This document shows positions 11,145 through 19,951 of a DNA stretch of 64,000 nt, in pieces. Numbering within the stretch: the first letter of the stretch is position 1; each line of letters begins with the position of its first letter. The notes beneath the pieces were generated by a model. The model saw only the letters and a list, made by a program, of their open reading frames with translations. It did not search any database and was not told the DNA's origin. This DNA comes from Deltaproteobacteria bacterium (GTDB taxonomy: Bacteria; Desulfobacterota; Syntrophorhabdia; Syntrophorhabdales; JANXAF01). Made by a program: the position numbers and the translations under genes. Location of the stretch: assembly GCA_026417175.1 (NCBI GenBank), contig JAOADT010000001.1, positions 38,918-102,917 of the forward strand. The letters run 5' to 3'.

Positions 11145-11963
11145 TTATCCTTCCTTGTACGAAGCAAGATAGGTACCCATTGGATACCCTGTGGATCTAC
11201 TTACCTCTTCACACTTTACCTTCATCACGTAAGTGATCGGTCTTTTTGCAAATTCTGTAAGCGTCTCATAGTTACCCATACCTTTTGCGATAATGAAAGA
11301 ATTTCCTTCCCAAAACTCCTTTAGTGGCCCATTTATGTCCTCTTTTTTAAGACCCACCTCATCAGTTCCTGTAGAAAGGAAGTTTTTGAAAAATCTTGTA
11401 AGCTGATATTTTTTAACATCAACCATTGACAAGTCATTTTGAACAGGCTTCTCTCTGATGAGATAGTGAACTTTTTTGTCATTATTTTCCAGATAATCAA
11501 TAAGGATCAAATCGAATATGAAGTCCGAGATATTGTCTCCTATGATAAGCACGCTTCTGCTTTGGCTAAGCCCAGCTTCTATTTTTTCCATGTCCGCGAA
11601 AAAATGGATACCATCGGAACTAAATTCTCCATTTAGGAAGAAATCAGAACCATTTCCGATTGCCGAAAATTTGAGAGCTTCGGTAAGACCATCTGGAGTT
11701 TTATCCTTGATCTTTTCATACGCTTCCATTGCTCTTTTCAACTCGAGAAATTTTACTGACTCAAAGGGGTCTTCTATTTTCAATCTTTCTTTAATTGCTC
11801 GTAGCAGTCTATTCGCAACAGCAGGCGGTGTTACATCGGGTTTTAGGTTTCTGTCAATGAGCTCTTCAAATTCAGCGATATATTCTTCCGAAACCCGTAA
11901 AAGGTCAGACACTCTGTAAAGCAACCTTTTTAGGCATGAAGGACATGATTTACCGATTTTCAT
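11145..11963 (-). CDS. DUF89 / ARMT1-like damage-control phosphatase family protein
   Basis: 272 aa. N-terminal [16 protein letters not shown] and [10 protein letters not shown] motifs are characteristic of DUF89. Confidence 0.65.
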   Translation of the reverse strand: MKIGKSCPSCLKRLLYRVSDLLRVSEEYIAEFEELIDRNLKPDVTPPAVANRLLRAIKERLKIEDPFESVKFLELKRAMEAYEKIKDKTPDGLTEALKFSAIGNGSDFFLNGEFSSDGIHFFADMEKIEAGLSQSRSVLIIGDNISDFIFDLILIDYLENNDKKVHYLIREKPVQNDLSMVDVKKYQLTRFFKNFLSTGTDEVGLKKEDINGPLKEFWEGNSFIIAKGMGNYETLTEFAKRPITYVMKVKCEEVSRSTGYPMGTYLASYKEG

Positions 11964-12135
11964 AATCTATTTTAAAAATAAGACCAATTTTCTTCTATTT
12001 CAATCCAATTTTCTTGTTCCTTTTCTTTTAGCAGAAAAGCATAAGTTGGGATTCATGGAAATTTTATAAATATAAATCAGCTCAAGAAACGCTTGGTAAC
12101 TAGAAGTAAGTGAAAAAGTTTTGCTGCAGAGCATC

Positions 12136-12411
12136 TCAACCGAACCTGTATTGGACTCCAAACTCTCCACCCGGGTACCCCCAAGATATTGCTCCTCGTA
12201 CACATGCAATCATGCATGTACCACACTCTAAGCATCCCGCATACTCAACAGTCATTTCATTTGTCTCCTCTATCAGCTTGTACAGATTTCCTGGACACAC
12301 GTTAAGGCAAAACCTCATTTTGCATGTTTTGCATATGGTATTGTTTATTGTTATATGACTTACTTTGTCATTTTTGATTATATTCTTTGCAAGCTTTTCT
12401 TCGGTTTTCAT
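12136..12411 (-). CDS. FixX-type ferredoxin-like protein
   Basis: The ATG at 12411 overlaps the fixC stop (ATGA). C-terminus CKTCKMRFCLNVCP...CLECGTCMIAC...WGYP. The longer ORF-track start at 12471 lies inside fixC. Confidence 0.8.
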   Translation of the reverse strand: MKTEEKLAKNIIKNDKVSHITINNTICKTCKMRFCLNVCPGNLYKLIEETNEMTVEYAGCLECGTCMIACVRGAISWGYPGGEFGVQYRFG

Positions 12412-13694
12412 ATCTTCCTTACCCTCAACAAGGTCTTTATGTTGCGCAGTCTTAAGAAGTCCTTCCCCCAATCCTTAAGGGTTTTCCAAATCCTTTCCTT
12501 TGGTTCCTCCCCAAAATAGACAAGCCTACCGAAAATCTCGGTCATTTTCGAGGGATAGAAACCGAAAAAGTCTTTATTGTCTAAAAAAGATGGCATCTCT
12601 TCAAAGGATTTAAGATCCTTAAGGACAAAGCTTCCACTCAATCTTTCCATGTAACCTGAGAGAACCCTTTCCGAAAAATCGCCACGACGGAAGGCCTCCT
12701 TTATTGTGTCTGCAGCCAAAAATCCTGAAGCAATCGCGAAGTCCATACCCCTCACTGTTATACCCATATTGAGAGCAAAACCTGCTGCGTCACCAGTGAT
12801 CAGAAACCCATTTCCGTATAGTTTTTCCACCCCTTTTAATCCAGACTCGGGGATTATATGCGCTGAATATTCGACTGTGTTGCCACCAGCAATAAGGTTT
12901 TTAACTTCATCTTTATCCTTGAATCTTTCTAGTAGTTCGTAAATTTTCATACTGGGATACATGTCCATAAGGGAGCTTATCTTCACAACAACACCTATCG
13001 AAATACTTTCCTTATTCGTATAAAGAAAACCACCGCCAAATACCCCTCCTGTCACATCCCCTACGAAAAGATGAGCAACTCCTTCTCCGCTTCCCACATT
13101 AAATCTCTCATTTATCCTATGTTCTGGCAATTCTATTATCTCTTTCACCCCAACTGCATAAGAATCAGCGGACAGCTCTTTTTTCATTCCCAACTTTCGC
13201 GTAAGCTGAGAAAGAACCCCTTCTGCGATTACTACAACCCTGGCGTATAGTCTTTCCCCACCAACATATACGCCTTCTACCCTTCCGTTGTCCTTTAGTA
13301 TGCCATCAACCCTGTATTTTGGAATAACGAATATACCCGAGTTTGACACCTTTTCAGACAGATATTTATCAAATTTTGCTCTCAGTACGGTATAGCTATG
13401 TTCCTCTTCTTTTAATTTTTTAGAAATGAAATCTAAAGTAAGGGACTCATTGTCTTTCCCTAGAAATGACCATCTCTCTCTTACAACCTTCCTCTCGAAC
13501 GGTGCGCCTTCTAACATATCGCCAATTAGGGGTTTTATCGGTTTTAGGTAAAGTCTTCCCCCAGTCATGTTTTTGCTCCCGGGAAATTCGCCCCTTTCAA
13601 GTACAAGGACGTTAAGTCCTTCATTTTTCAGTCCATAGGCACAGGATAGTCCAGCTAAACCCCCACCGACGATTATGACATCTAATTTTTCCAT
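12408..13694 (-). CDS. FixC-type FAD-dependent oxidoreductase (ETF:quinone oxidoreductase-like)
   Basis: 428 aa. N-terminal dinucleotide fold DVIIVGGGLAGLSCAY. Lies between etfA and fixX. Confidence 0.85.
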   Translation of the reverse strand: MEKLDVIIVGGGLAGLSCAYGLKNEGLNVLVLERGEFPGSKNMTGGRLYLKPIKPLIGDMLEGAPFERKVVRERWSFLGKDNESLTLDFISKKLKEEEHSYTVLRAKFDKYLSEKVSNSGIFVIPKYRVDGILKDNGRVEGVYVGGERLYARVVVIAEGVLSQLTRKLGMKKELSADSYAVGVKEIIELPEHRINERFNVGSGEGVAHLFVGDVTGGVFGGGFLYTNKESISIGVVVKISSLMDMYPSMKIYELLERFKDKDEVKNLIAGGNTVEYSAHIIPESGLKGVEKLYGNGFLITGDAAGFALNMGITVRGMDFAIASGFLAADTIKEAFRRGDFSERVLSGYMERLSGSFVLKDLKSFEEMPSFLDNKDFFGFYPSKMTEIFGRLVYFGEEPKERIWKTLKDWGKDFLRLRNIKTLLRVRKI

Positions 13695-14674
13695 TAGACT
13701 TCTTCCTTAGCCTTTTTTAGTTCCTCTTTAAGGACTGGGAGAATCGCAAATATATCGTCCACTATTCCGTAATCTGCAATGTTGAATATAGGTGCGTTAG
13801 GGTCCGAGTTTATAGCAACTATCGTCTTAGATGTATCTATTCCCATCGTATGATGGATTGCTCCTGAAACACCGCAACCTATATACAAAACTGGAGAAAC
13901 GGTTTTTCCGCTCTTTCCTATTTGTTCCTCATATTCTCGCCAATTCGCATCAACAACAGAGCGTGAAGCACCAACTCTCCCTCCCATAATATCTGCTATC
14001 TCTTCTAATATCTTGAAGTTCTCAGGAGCTTTCATACCTCTTCCACCGCATATGATGAAGTCCGCTTCCTGCAAATCTACTTTTTTTTCCTCTTTTCTCT
14101 CCGCTCTCAAAAATCTTATTTTTTTGTCTTTCTTTGTTTCAATTTTTTCCCTTATCACTTCTCCGGATAAACTAGGTTCGCTTACGGAAAAACTGTTTGG
14201 TCTAAGTGTTGTAACCACTTTGTTTCCTTCCTTAACCTCTACGTAGGAAAGTACCCTGCCTCCGAACAATGGTTTTTTGAATAGAAGCCTTCCGTTTTCT
14301 AATTCAAATCCAGTCACATCTGCAAGAATAGCCCAGTCAAGCATTCCTGAAAGCTTAGGAAGTATAAATCTTCCATAACCCGCGTGGGACCCTATGACGA
14401 AGGAGGAACTTGTTTTCTCAACTAGCATATGAAGTATCTCAGCGTAATTATCTATCGTAAAATCCGTGAGATACTCTTCGTCTACTACGTGTACGTAATC
14501 AGCGTGACCTTTCACATACTCAGCTAGAATTTCTACTTGAAATCCTATAATAGCCACATGAAGCTTCGATGAAAAAAATTTTCTTAATCTTTTCCCCGCT
14601 TCAATAGCTTCATAAGAGACCTTTCTTACAGATCTGTCCTTTAATTCTATGTAGACCAATACATCCTTTGCCAT
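13694..14674 (-). CDS. etfA: Electron transfer flavoprotein alpha subunit (EtfA/FixB)
   Basis: 326 aa. C-terminal FAD-binding region GASRSVVDANW...QIGKSGKTVSPVLYIGCGVSGAIHH. Confidence 0.9.
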   Translation of the reverse strand: MAKDVLVYIELKDRSVRKVSYEAIEAGKRLRKFFSSKLHVAIIGFQVEILAEYVKGHADYVHVVDEEYLTDFTIDNYAEILHMLVEKTSSSFVIGSHAGYGRFILPKLSGMLDWAILADVTGFELENGRLLFKKPLFGGRVLSYVEVKEGNKVVTTLRPNSFSVSEPSLSGEVIREKIETKKDKKIRFLRAERKEEKKVDLQEADFIICGGRGMKAPENFKILEEIADIMGGRVGASRSVVDANWREYEEQIGKSGKTVSPVLYIGCGVSGAIHHTMGIDTSKTIVAINSDPNAPIFNIADYGIVDDIFAILPVLKEELKKAKEEV

Positions 14675-14688
14675 CTTTCCACCTCTCT

Positions 14689-15465
14689 TTATATGACCTT
14701 AGCTTCCTGTTTGAGAAGGGATATCAATTTTTTAACTTTCTCTTCTGGGCTTTGTCCCTCAATTATTTTAACGGCTGGCCTTTTTCCTGGAAACTCAAAC
14801 CGAACTATCTCAGTTTTTTGAGTTAAGGGAATAGATAAAAGAGAATAAGGGTCTACGAAAGCTATTTGAGCCCTCATAGCCTTCATAACGCCCGTAATTG
14901 CAGGAACTCTCGGTTCATTTATCCCCTTTCTAAGAGAGAAAAGGGCGGGGAGTTCCACTTCATAGCCGAAAAAACTACCATCTATCTCAGAATCAACAAC
15001 GACTTTATTCGTGTCCATGACTTCTATTTTTACAACCGAACCAACGTATGGAATCTTAAGATTTTCTGCTATGAGCACTCCTACCACACCATTTTCGTCA
15101 TCCATAGCTCTTTCACCGCAAAAAATCAAATTAAAACCTTCTTTTTCGGCGAAGCCAGATAATACCTTTGCAGTAAAGTAAGGATCCCAAATGTTGTATT
15201 TTTCCGTTTCAATAAGTACAGCTCTGTCTACTCCCATTGCGATTGATGTCCTAAGCACCTCCTGAGCTTTCCTAGATCCTAAACTTACAGCCACAACTTC
15301 ACAGTTCTTGACTTTTTCCTTTACTCTTATTGCTTCTTCTATTGCAAATTCGTCAAAAAAATTGAGGCTAAATCGTTCTTCAAAATCCAGAGATTTTTTA
15401 TCGTCCTGTATGTTAATCTTTGCTTCGGAATCTAGCACTTGTTTCACAAACACAAGGATCTTCAA
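14689..15465 (-). CDS. etfB: Electron transfer flavoprotein beta subunit (EtfB/FixA)
   Basis: MKILVFVKQV... Start is the second TTG (15465), 6 nt after AAGGAGG. The track start at 15471 is too close to the SD. Confidence 0.88.
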   Translation of the reverse strand: MKILVFVKQVLDSEAKINIQDDKKSLDFEERFSLNFFDEFAIEEAIRVKEKVKNCEVVAVSLGSRKAQEVLRTSIAMGVDRAVLIETEKYNIWDPYFTAKVLSGFAEKEGFNLIFCGERAMDDENGVVGVLIAENLKIPYVGSVVKIEVMDTNKVVVDSEIDGSFFGYEVELPALFSLRKGINEPRVPAITGVMKAMRAQIAFVDPYSLLSIPLTQKTEIVRFEFPGKRPAVKIIEGQSPEEKVKKLISLLKQEAKVI

Positions 15466-15481
15466 TTTCAACCTCCTTACC

Positions 15482-16630
15482 TTAAAGTTTTCCGATTATA
15501 CTCCTTCCGATAAAATCCTTCAACACCTCATGTGTACCGCCTCCGTAAAGGAGGAATCTCGCATCTCTGAAGTATCTTTGAGGATTATATTCGTAAGCAA
15601 AAGCGTTAGCTCCGTAAATCCTTGTTACCTCATCTACTACTTTTAAACATACCTCAGTCGCGAACATCTTCGCTTCAGCTGCTATTGTTCTTGCGTCCAT
15701 TCTGTTTTCAAGAAGCCACGCTCCGTAATATACCATAAGTTTTGCTGCGTTCATTAATGTATCCATCTCTGCGAACTTCTCCCTTATGAGCTGAAAGTTC
15801 CCGATAGGTTGACCAAAAGCTATTCTTTTGCGGGCGAATTCCAGACCTTCTTCATAAGCGGCTCTGGCCAACCCTAACGCCATTGCACCTGTCATAAGTC
15901 TCACTTCATCAAGTATCTCACCCACATACTGTACCCCTTTTCCAAGTTCCTCACCCAGAAAGTTTTCATCAGGTACCCATACATTGTCGAAAATGAGCTC
16001 ACCTGTCACTGTACCTCTACAGCCCAGTTTACGTATAATCTGTCCGCTCGAAAACCCTGGAGTACCTTTTTCAACCAAGAAGAAGTTTAATCCTTTGAGA
16101 CCCAATGATGGATCAACAGTTGCGAGCACTGTACAAAAATCACATATAGGTCCGTTTGTTATCCACATTTTTGTACCGTTTATTCTCCATCCATCGCCGT
16201 CTTTGACTGCCCTAGTTCTTGTTGAACCGAGGTCAGATCCTGATTGGTCTTCAGTAAAACAGATAGTTGCTATCTTCTCACCTCTCATTGCCGGATATAG
16301 ACATCTCTCTTTTATAGCATCATTCCCAAATCTATAGATAAAATAAGTTCCCATTAAAATGTTCATTATTACACTTTGGGCAAAACCGACAGAGCCTCTA
16401 GTAATCTCCTCATAGAATATCATACACATTACCTTGTCCGCATTCATGCCGCCTATCTCTTCAGGGTATCTTAGTCCCAAATACCCAAGCTTAGAAAACT
16501 CTCGCCATAGGTCCCAGGGAAATTCGTCTTTTTCATCTATATCTTTGGCCTTTGGTATTATCATTTTGTTAACAGTGTCTCTTATGGTTTTTCTAAAAAA
16601 TTCTTGCTCCTCTGTTAACTTGAAGTCCAT
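15482..16630 (-). CDS. Acyl-CoA dehydrogenase
   Basis: 382 aa. LTEEQ..., ...GSDLGS..., WITNG and a C-terminal ..LYGGGTHEV.. typical of the ACAD family. Confidence 0.9.
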   Translation of the reverse strand: MDFKLTEEQEFFRKTIRDTVNKMIIPKAKDIDEKDEFPWDLWREFSKLGYLGLRYPEEIGGMNADKVMCMIFYEEITRGSVGFAQSVIMNILMGTYFIYRFGNDAIKERCLYPAMRGEKIATICFTEDQSGSDLGSTRTRAVKDGDGWRINGTKMWITNGPICDFCTVLATVDPSLGLKGLNFFLVEKGTPGFSSGQIIRKLGCRGTVTGELIFDNVWVPDENFLGEELGKGVQYVGEILDEVRLMTGAMALGLARAAYEEGLEFARKRIAFGQPIGNFQLIREKFAEMDTLMNAAKLMVYYGAWLLENRMDARTIAAEAKMFATEVCLKVVDEVTRIYGANAFAYEYNPQRYFRDARFLLYGGGTHEVLKDFIGRSIIGKL

Positions 16631-16655
16631 GGCGTACTCCTATCTGATGGTAATT

Positions 16656-16665
16656 TTGTATACAA
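16656..16665. promoter_or_regulatory. Perfect 10-bp palindrome TTGTATACAA overlapping the ACAD promoter -10 (candidate operator)
   Basis: Core of an 18-bp imperfect palindrome AATTTTGTATACAATATT (16652..16669). Confidence 0.35.
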
Positions 16666-16690
16666 TATTTTAACAGGCTCGGATTGTCAA
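16662..16690 (-). promoter_or_regulatory. Sigma-70-type promoter of the ACAD-etfBA-fixCX cluster
   Basis: On the minus strand: TTGACA (16690..16685), 17 nt, TATTGT (16667..16662). Confidence 0.45.
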
Positions 16691-16710
16691 GAAAAACGAA
16701 AAAGGCCTTT

Positions 16711-18240
16711 TTATGCTTCCAGAAAGGGGTATATCTTCTTTGCCCTAGTAGGATGCTTCAGTTTTTTTAATGCCTTGGCCTCTATCTGTCTTATCCTTTC
16801 CCTCGTAACTTCAAAAATCTGACCAACTTCTTCAAGAGTGTAATCCCGTTTTTCTCCTATTCCAAATCTCATCCTTATAACTTTTTCCTCTCGCGGGCTT
16901 AAAGTAGCAAGAACTTTTTCTAGCTGTTCCCTTAAATCGTTGAAAATGACCGAGTCTTGCGGGGAAGGCGTTCTCTTATCTTCTATAAAATCGCTCAGAT
17001 GAGTATCTTCCTCATCATTTATCGGGGTTTCCAAAGATATGGGTTCTTTTGTGATTCTAAGCACCTTTCTGACTTTCTCTGGTGGGAGACCAATCCGCGT
17101 AGCGATCTCTTCGGGTGTAGGTTCTCGCCCTACTTCCTGAACAAGTTCTCTGGAAATTTTTATTATTTTATTTATAGTCTCTATCATGTGAACTGGTATC
17201 CTAATTGTTCGAGCTTGGTCAGCAATAGCCCTGGTGATTGCCTGTCTCACCCACCAAGTCGCGTAAGTACTGAACTTGTAGCCTCGTTTATATTCAAAGC
17301 CCTCTACGGCCTTCATAAGACCTAAATTTCCCTCTTGAACTAAATCAAGAAAAGATAGACCTCTATTCAGATACCTTTTTGCTATACTTACGACCAGTCG
17401 TAAATTCGCTTTAACGAGTGCGTTTTTTGCTTCGGTATATTTCTTCTCTGCTTCTGTTATTCTTGATACGTATTTTTTCAGTCTTCCTGATGGAACACCA
17501 ACAATTTTCTCTACATTTCTTAACTCTTCTCTTAAGACCTTTACTTCCTTACTGTGTTTTTTCGCAGCCTCCATTTTCTTTTCCAAATCCTCTATCTTCT
17601 CAACGAACCTTTTCATCTCATTTACAATCGAATCCTGAATTTTTCTACCAAGGTGTATCTCTCTTATTATGTTTTTTATAGTGTCCTTGGCGGTTTTTCT
17701 TTCATGTTTGTTTTTTGCCTCATCCATTTTTTCTTTTGCCTTTTTCAACTTTTCAAGTAAGGTTACAACTCTGTGCATTTCATCTTCTATTTCAGTTTCT
17801 GTTGTTTCTTCATCCATATCTAACATGATTTCCTTTATTAGAGAGCCAGACTTCTTAAGTTTGGGCAAAATATTTAATAATTCCCGTATGGTGCCAGGAT
17901 ATTCACTAATTACGTTACTTATCTCTTTTCTGGTTTCTTCGATCTGTTTTGCGAACTTTACTTCCTCTTCTCTTGATAAAAGTTTAAGGTTACCCATTTC
18001 TCTGATATAGTGTCTTATTGGGTTTGTAATGTCATCTTCATACCCGTGGGTTAAATGCTCATCGAGTATGCCCTCTATGTCCTCATTTTCAATGGAAAAA
18101 GAATTGGTATCATCCAAATCAAATGTATCTATCTCCTCAAAAATAGCGCCCGATTCTTCTGTCTTTGTTATTAGACTGTATATTTCCCCATTTTCCTGTG
18201 AATCGTCATATGGTAGATAAACTCGAATTTCCTCATCCAT
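16711..18240 (-). CDS. rpoD: RNA polymerase primary sigma factor RpoD
   Basis: 509 aa. Acidic N-terminus, region 2 ([38 protein letters not shown]) and region 4 ([24 protein letters not shown]). Confidence 0.97.
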   Translation of the reverse strand: MDEEIRVYLPYDDSQENGEIYSLITKTEESGAIFEEIDTFDLDDTNSFSIENEDIEGILDEHLTHGYEDDITNPIRHYIREMGNLKLLSREEEVKFAKQIEETRKEISNVISEYPGTIRELLNILPKLKKSGSLIKEIMLDMDEETTETEIEDEMHRVVTLLEKLKKAKEKMDEAKNKHERKTAKDTIKNIIREIHLGRKIQDSIVNEMKRFVEKIEDLEKKMEAAKKHSKEVKVLREELRNVEKIVGVPSGRLKKYVSRITEAEKKYTEAKNALVKANLRLVVSIAKRYLNRGLSFLDLVQEGNLGLMKAVEGFEYKRGYKFSTYATWWVRQAITRAIADQARTIRIPVHMIETINKIIKISRELVQEVGREPTPEEIATRIGLPPEKVRKVLRITKEPISLETPINDEEDTHLSDFIEDKRTPSPQDSVIFNDLREQLEKVLATLSPREEKVIRMRFGIGEKRDYTLEEVGQIFEVTRERIRQIEAKALKKLKHPTRAKKIYPFLEA

Positions 18241-18253
18241 ATTAACCCCCCTT

Positions 18254-19951
18254 TTAACTTGATTTAAGTGCTTTCAAAACCTCCTTTTTCTCAATTAAAA
18301 TCTCTGAAATCTTTTTTTCATCCTTCTCTCTTTCAGCAAATGCCAGTCTTTCAGTAAGCATTTTAAGCTTTTCTTTCATAGCACTTTTTTTTGTGTATTT
18401 TATGAAATCTTCTATAATCTTTCTTTTTGCGTCTTTTTCTAATCTCTGTGCTTCAAAGACACCGGAAACTACAAACTCTCTTATATCTTCATTTTCCAGT
18501 CTAAACAGATATCCATTTAAATCAAAAACATCTCTCTCCATCTTCGTCGCAAAGAACTCTTCCATCAGTCTTTTTAAAGTACCATCTTTTATGTAATCAA
18601 CGACTTCGCGTAACCCGGAACCATATGCGAGTTCTGGATCGTCAAGAATTGTCCCTATTAACATTTTATTCACAGGAGGCAAAATTCTTTCTTCTTCCTT
18701 AAATTCAATATTTTTTGATTTTCCCTCAATCTCATCCCAGAATATATGTTCTTCTACCCCAGTCAATTCAGAAATTCTTTTTACATATAACCTTTTGTGC
18801 ACATTATCCCTCATTTGCTCTATGTACGGCATAACTGTCCTGATAAAAGATAGTTTCTTTTGAACAGTTTCCATACCGTACTTTTCTTTATGGTACTCAA
18901 AATAGTACTCAATGATGGGCATCCTTTTCTGGATAAGAGCAGAAATACCTGAATAGCCGTTTTTTCTCGCAAATGTATCTGGGTCTTCATTTTGAGGTAA
19001 AAGAACAATCTCCCCATTCACGCCATTTGCGGAAAATGTATCTATGGCTCTCAATGCACTCTTTATTCCAGCTTCATCAGAATCGAGCATAAGTGTGATA
19101 TTCTCGGTGTAATTTTTAAGTTTCTTAATTTGCTCTTCCGTAATGGCTGTCCCAAGGGATGCAACAACGTTCTTTATCCCGCAATTGTAAAGGGAGATCA
19201 TGTCAAAGTATCCTTCTACAATTATGGCAAGATTTTTGTCCACTATATCTCTTTTTGCCTTTTCCAGCCCAAAAAGTACGCTCCGCTTTGAAAAAACCTG
19301 CGATTCTGGAGAATTTATGTACTTTGGTAGCCTATCCTTTTCTATGCTTCTACCGCCGAATCCTATTACCCTTCCATTTACATCATAGATGGGAATTACA
19401 ATCCTTCCTCTAAAAATATCCTGTATCTCCGTACCCGTTATTTTTAAGATCCCCGTTGAAAAAAATACGTCTTTAGGGATTTTACAGCTTGAAAAAAACT
19501 CACTTATGTTCTTCCCACTAAAACCTAGTTTAAACTTGTCTATTGTTTCGTTATCAATGTCCCTTTCTCTCAAATACCTTAAGGCAATCTGACTCTGTTT
19601 TAAGTTTTTATGATAAAACTCTGCAAGTTCAGATAGCGCATCATAGATCGCAAAAGTTTTTACTTTCCACTCCTGTACGGGAATCCCATACTCCTTAGAC
19701 AAACTTTCGATAGCATCATGAAAATCCATGTTTTCATACTTCATTACAAAGCTTATAACGTTACCGCCTGTTTGGCAGCCGAAACAGTAAAATAACTGTT
19801 TTTCAGGACTCACGGTAAATGATGGTGTCTTTTCTTTATGAAAAGGACACAATCCTACAAAGTTCCGACCGGTCTTTTTTAGCCTCACATATCTCGATAT
19901 GAACTCCACTATATCGACCTTCTCTAAAATCGTATCGACTGCTGTTTTCAT
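18254..19951 (-). CDS. dnaG: DNA primase DnaG
   Basis: 565 aa. Zinc-ribbon [30 protein letters not shown] and a TOPRIM region ([11 protein letters not shown]). Confidence 0.95.
   Translation of the reverse strand: MKTAVDTILEKVDIVEFISRYVRLKKTGRNFVGLCPFHKEKTPSFTVSPEKQLFYCFGCQTGGNVISFVMKYENMDFHDAIESLSKEYGIPVQEWKVKTFAIYDALSELAEFYHKNLKQSQIALRYLRERDIDNETIDKFKLGFSGKNISEFFSSCKIPKDVFFSTGILKITGTEIQDIFRGRIVIPIYDVNGRVIGFGGRSIEKDRLPKYINSPESQVFSKRSVLFGLEKAKRDIVDKNLAIIVEGYFDMISLYNCGIKNVVASLGTAITEEQIKKLKNYTENITLMLDSDEAGIKSALRAIDTFSANGVNGEIVLLPQNEDPDTFARKNGYSGISALIQKRMPIIEYYFEYHKEKYGMETVQKKLSFIRTVMPYIEQMRDNVHKRLYVKRISELTGVEEHIFWDEIEGKSKNIEFKEEERILPPVNKMLIGTILDDPELAYGSGLREVVDYIKDGTLKRLMEEFFATKMERDVFDLNGYLFRLENEDIREFVVSGVFEAQRLEKDAKRKIIEDFIKYTKKSAMKEKLKMLTERLAFAEREKDEKKISEILIEKKEVLKALKSS

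Noticed and set aside
11964-12135. A second CIRCE element or heat-shock promoter upstream of the DUF89-dnaJ-like module
   Set aside because: TTAGCA occurs once (about 12035..12040) but without the inverted TGCTAA partner at N9 spacing. Only weak -35/-10 candidates are present.
12000-12209. 69-aa ORF in the fixX / DUF89 intergenic region (and the overlapping 12110..12358 plus-strand ORF)
   Set aside because: It overlaps the 3' end of fixX, has no SD and no recognisable motif. The region is better explained as a weak terminator plus the promoter for the DUF89 gene.
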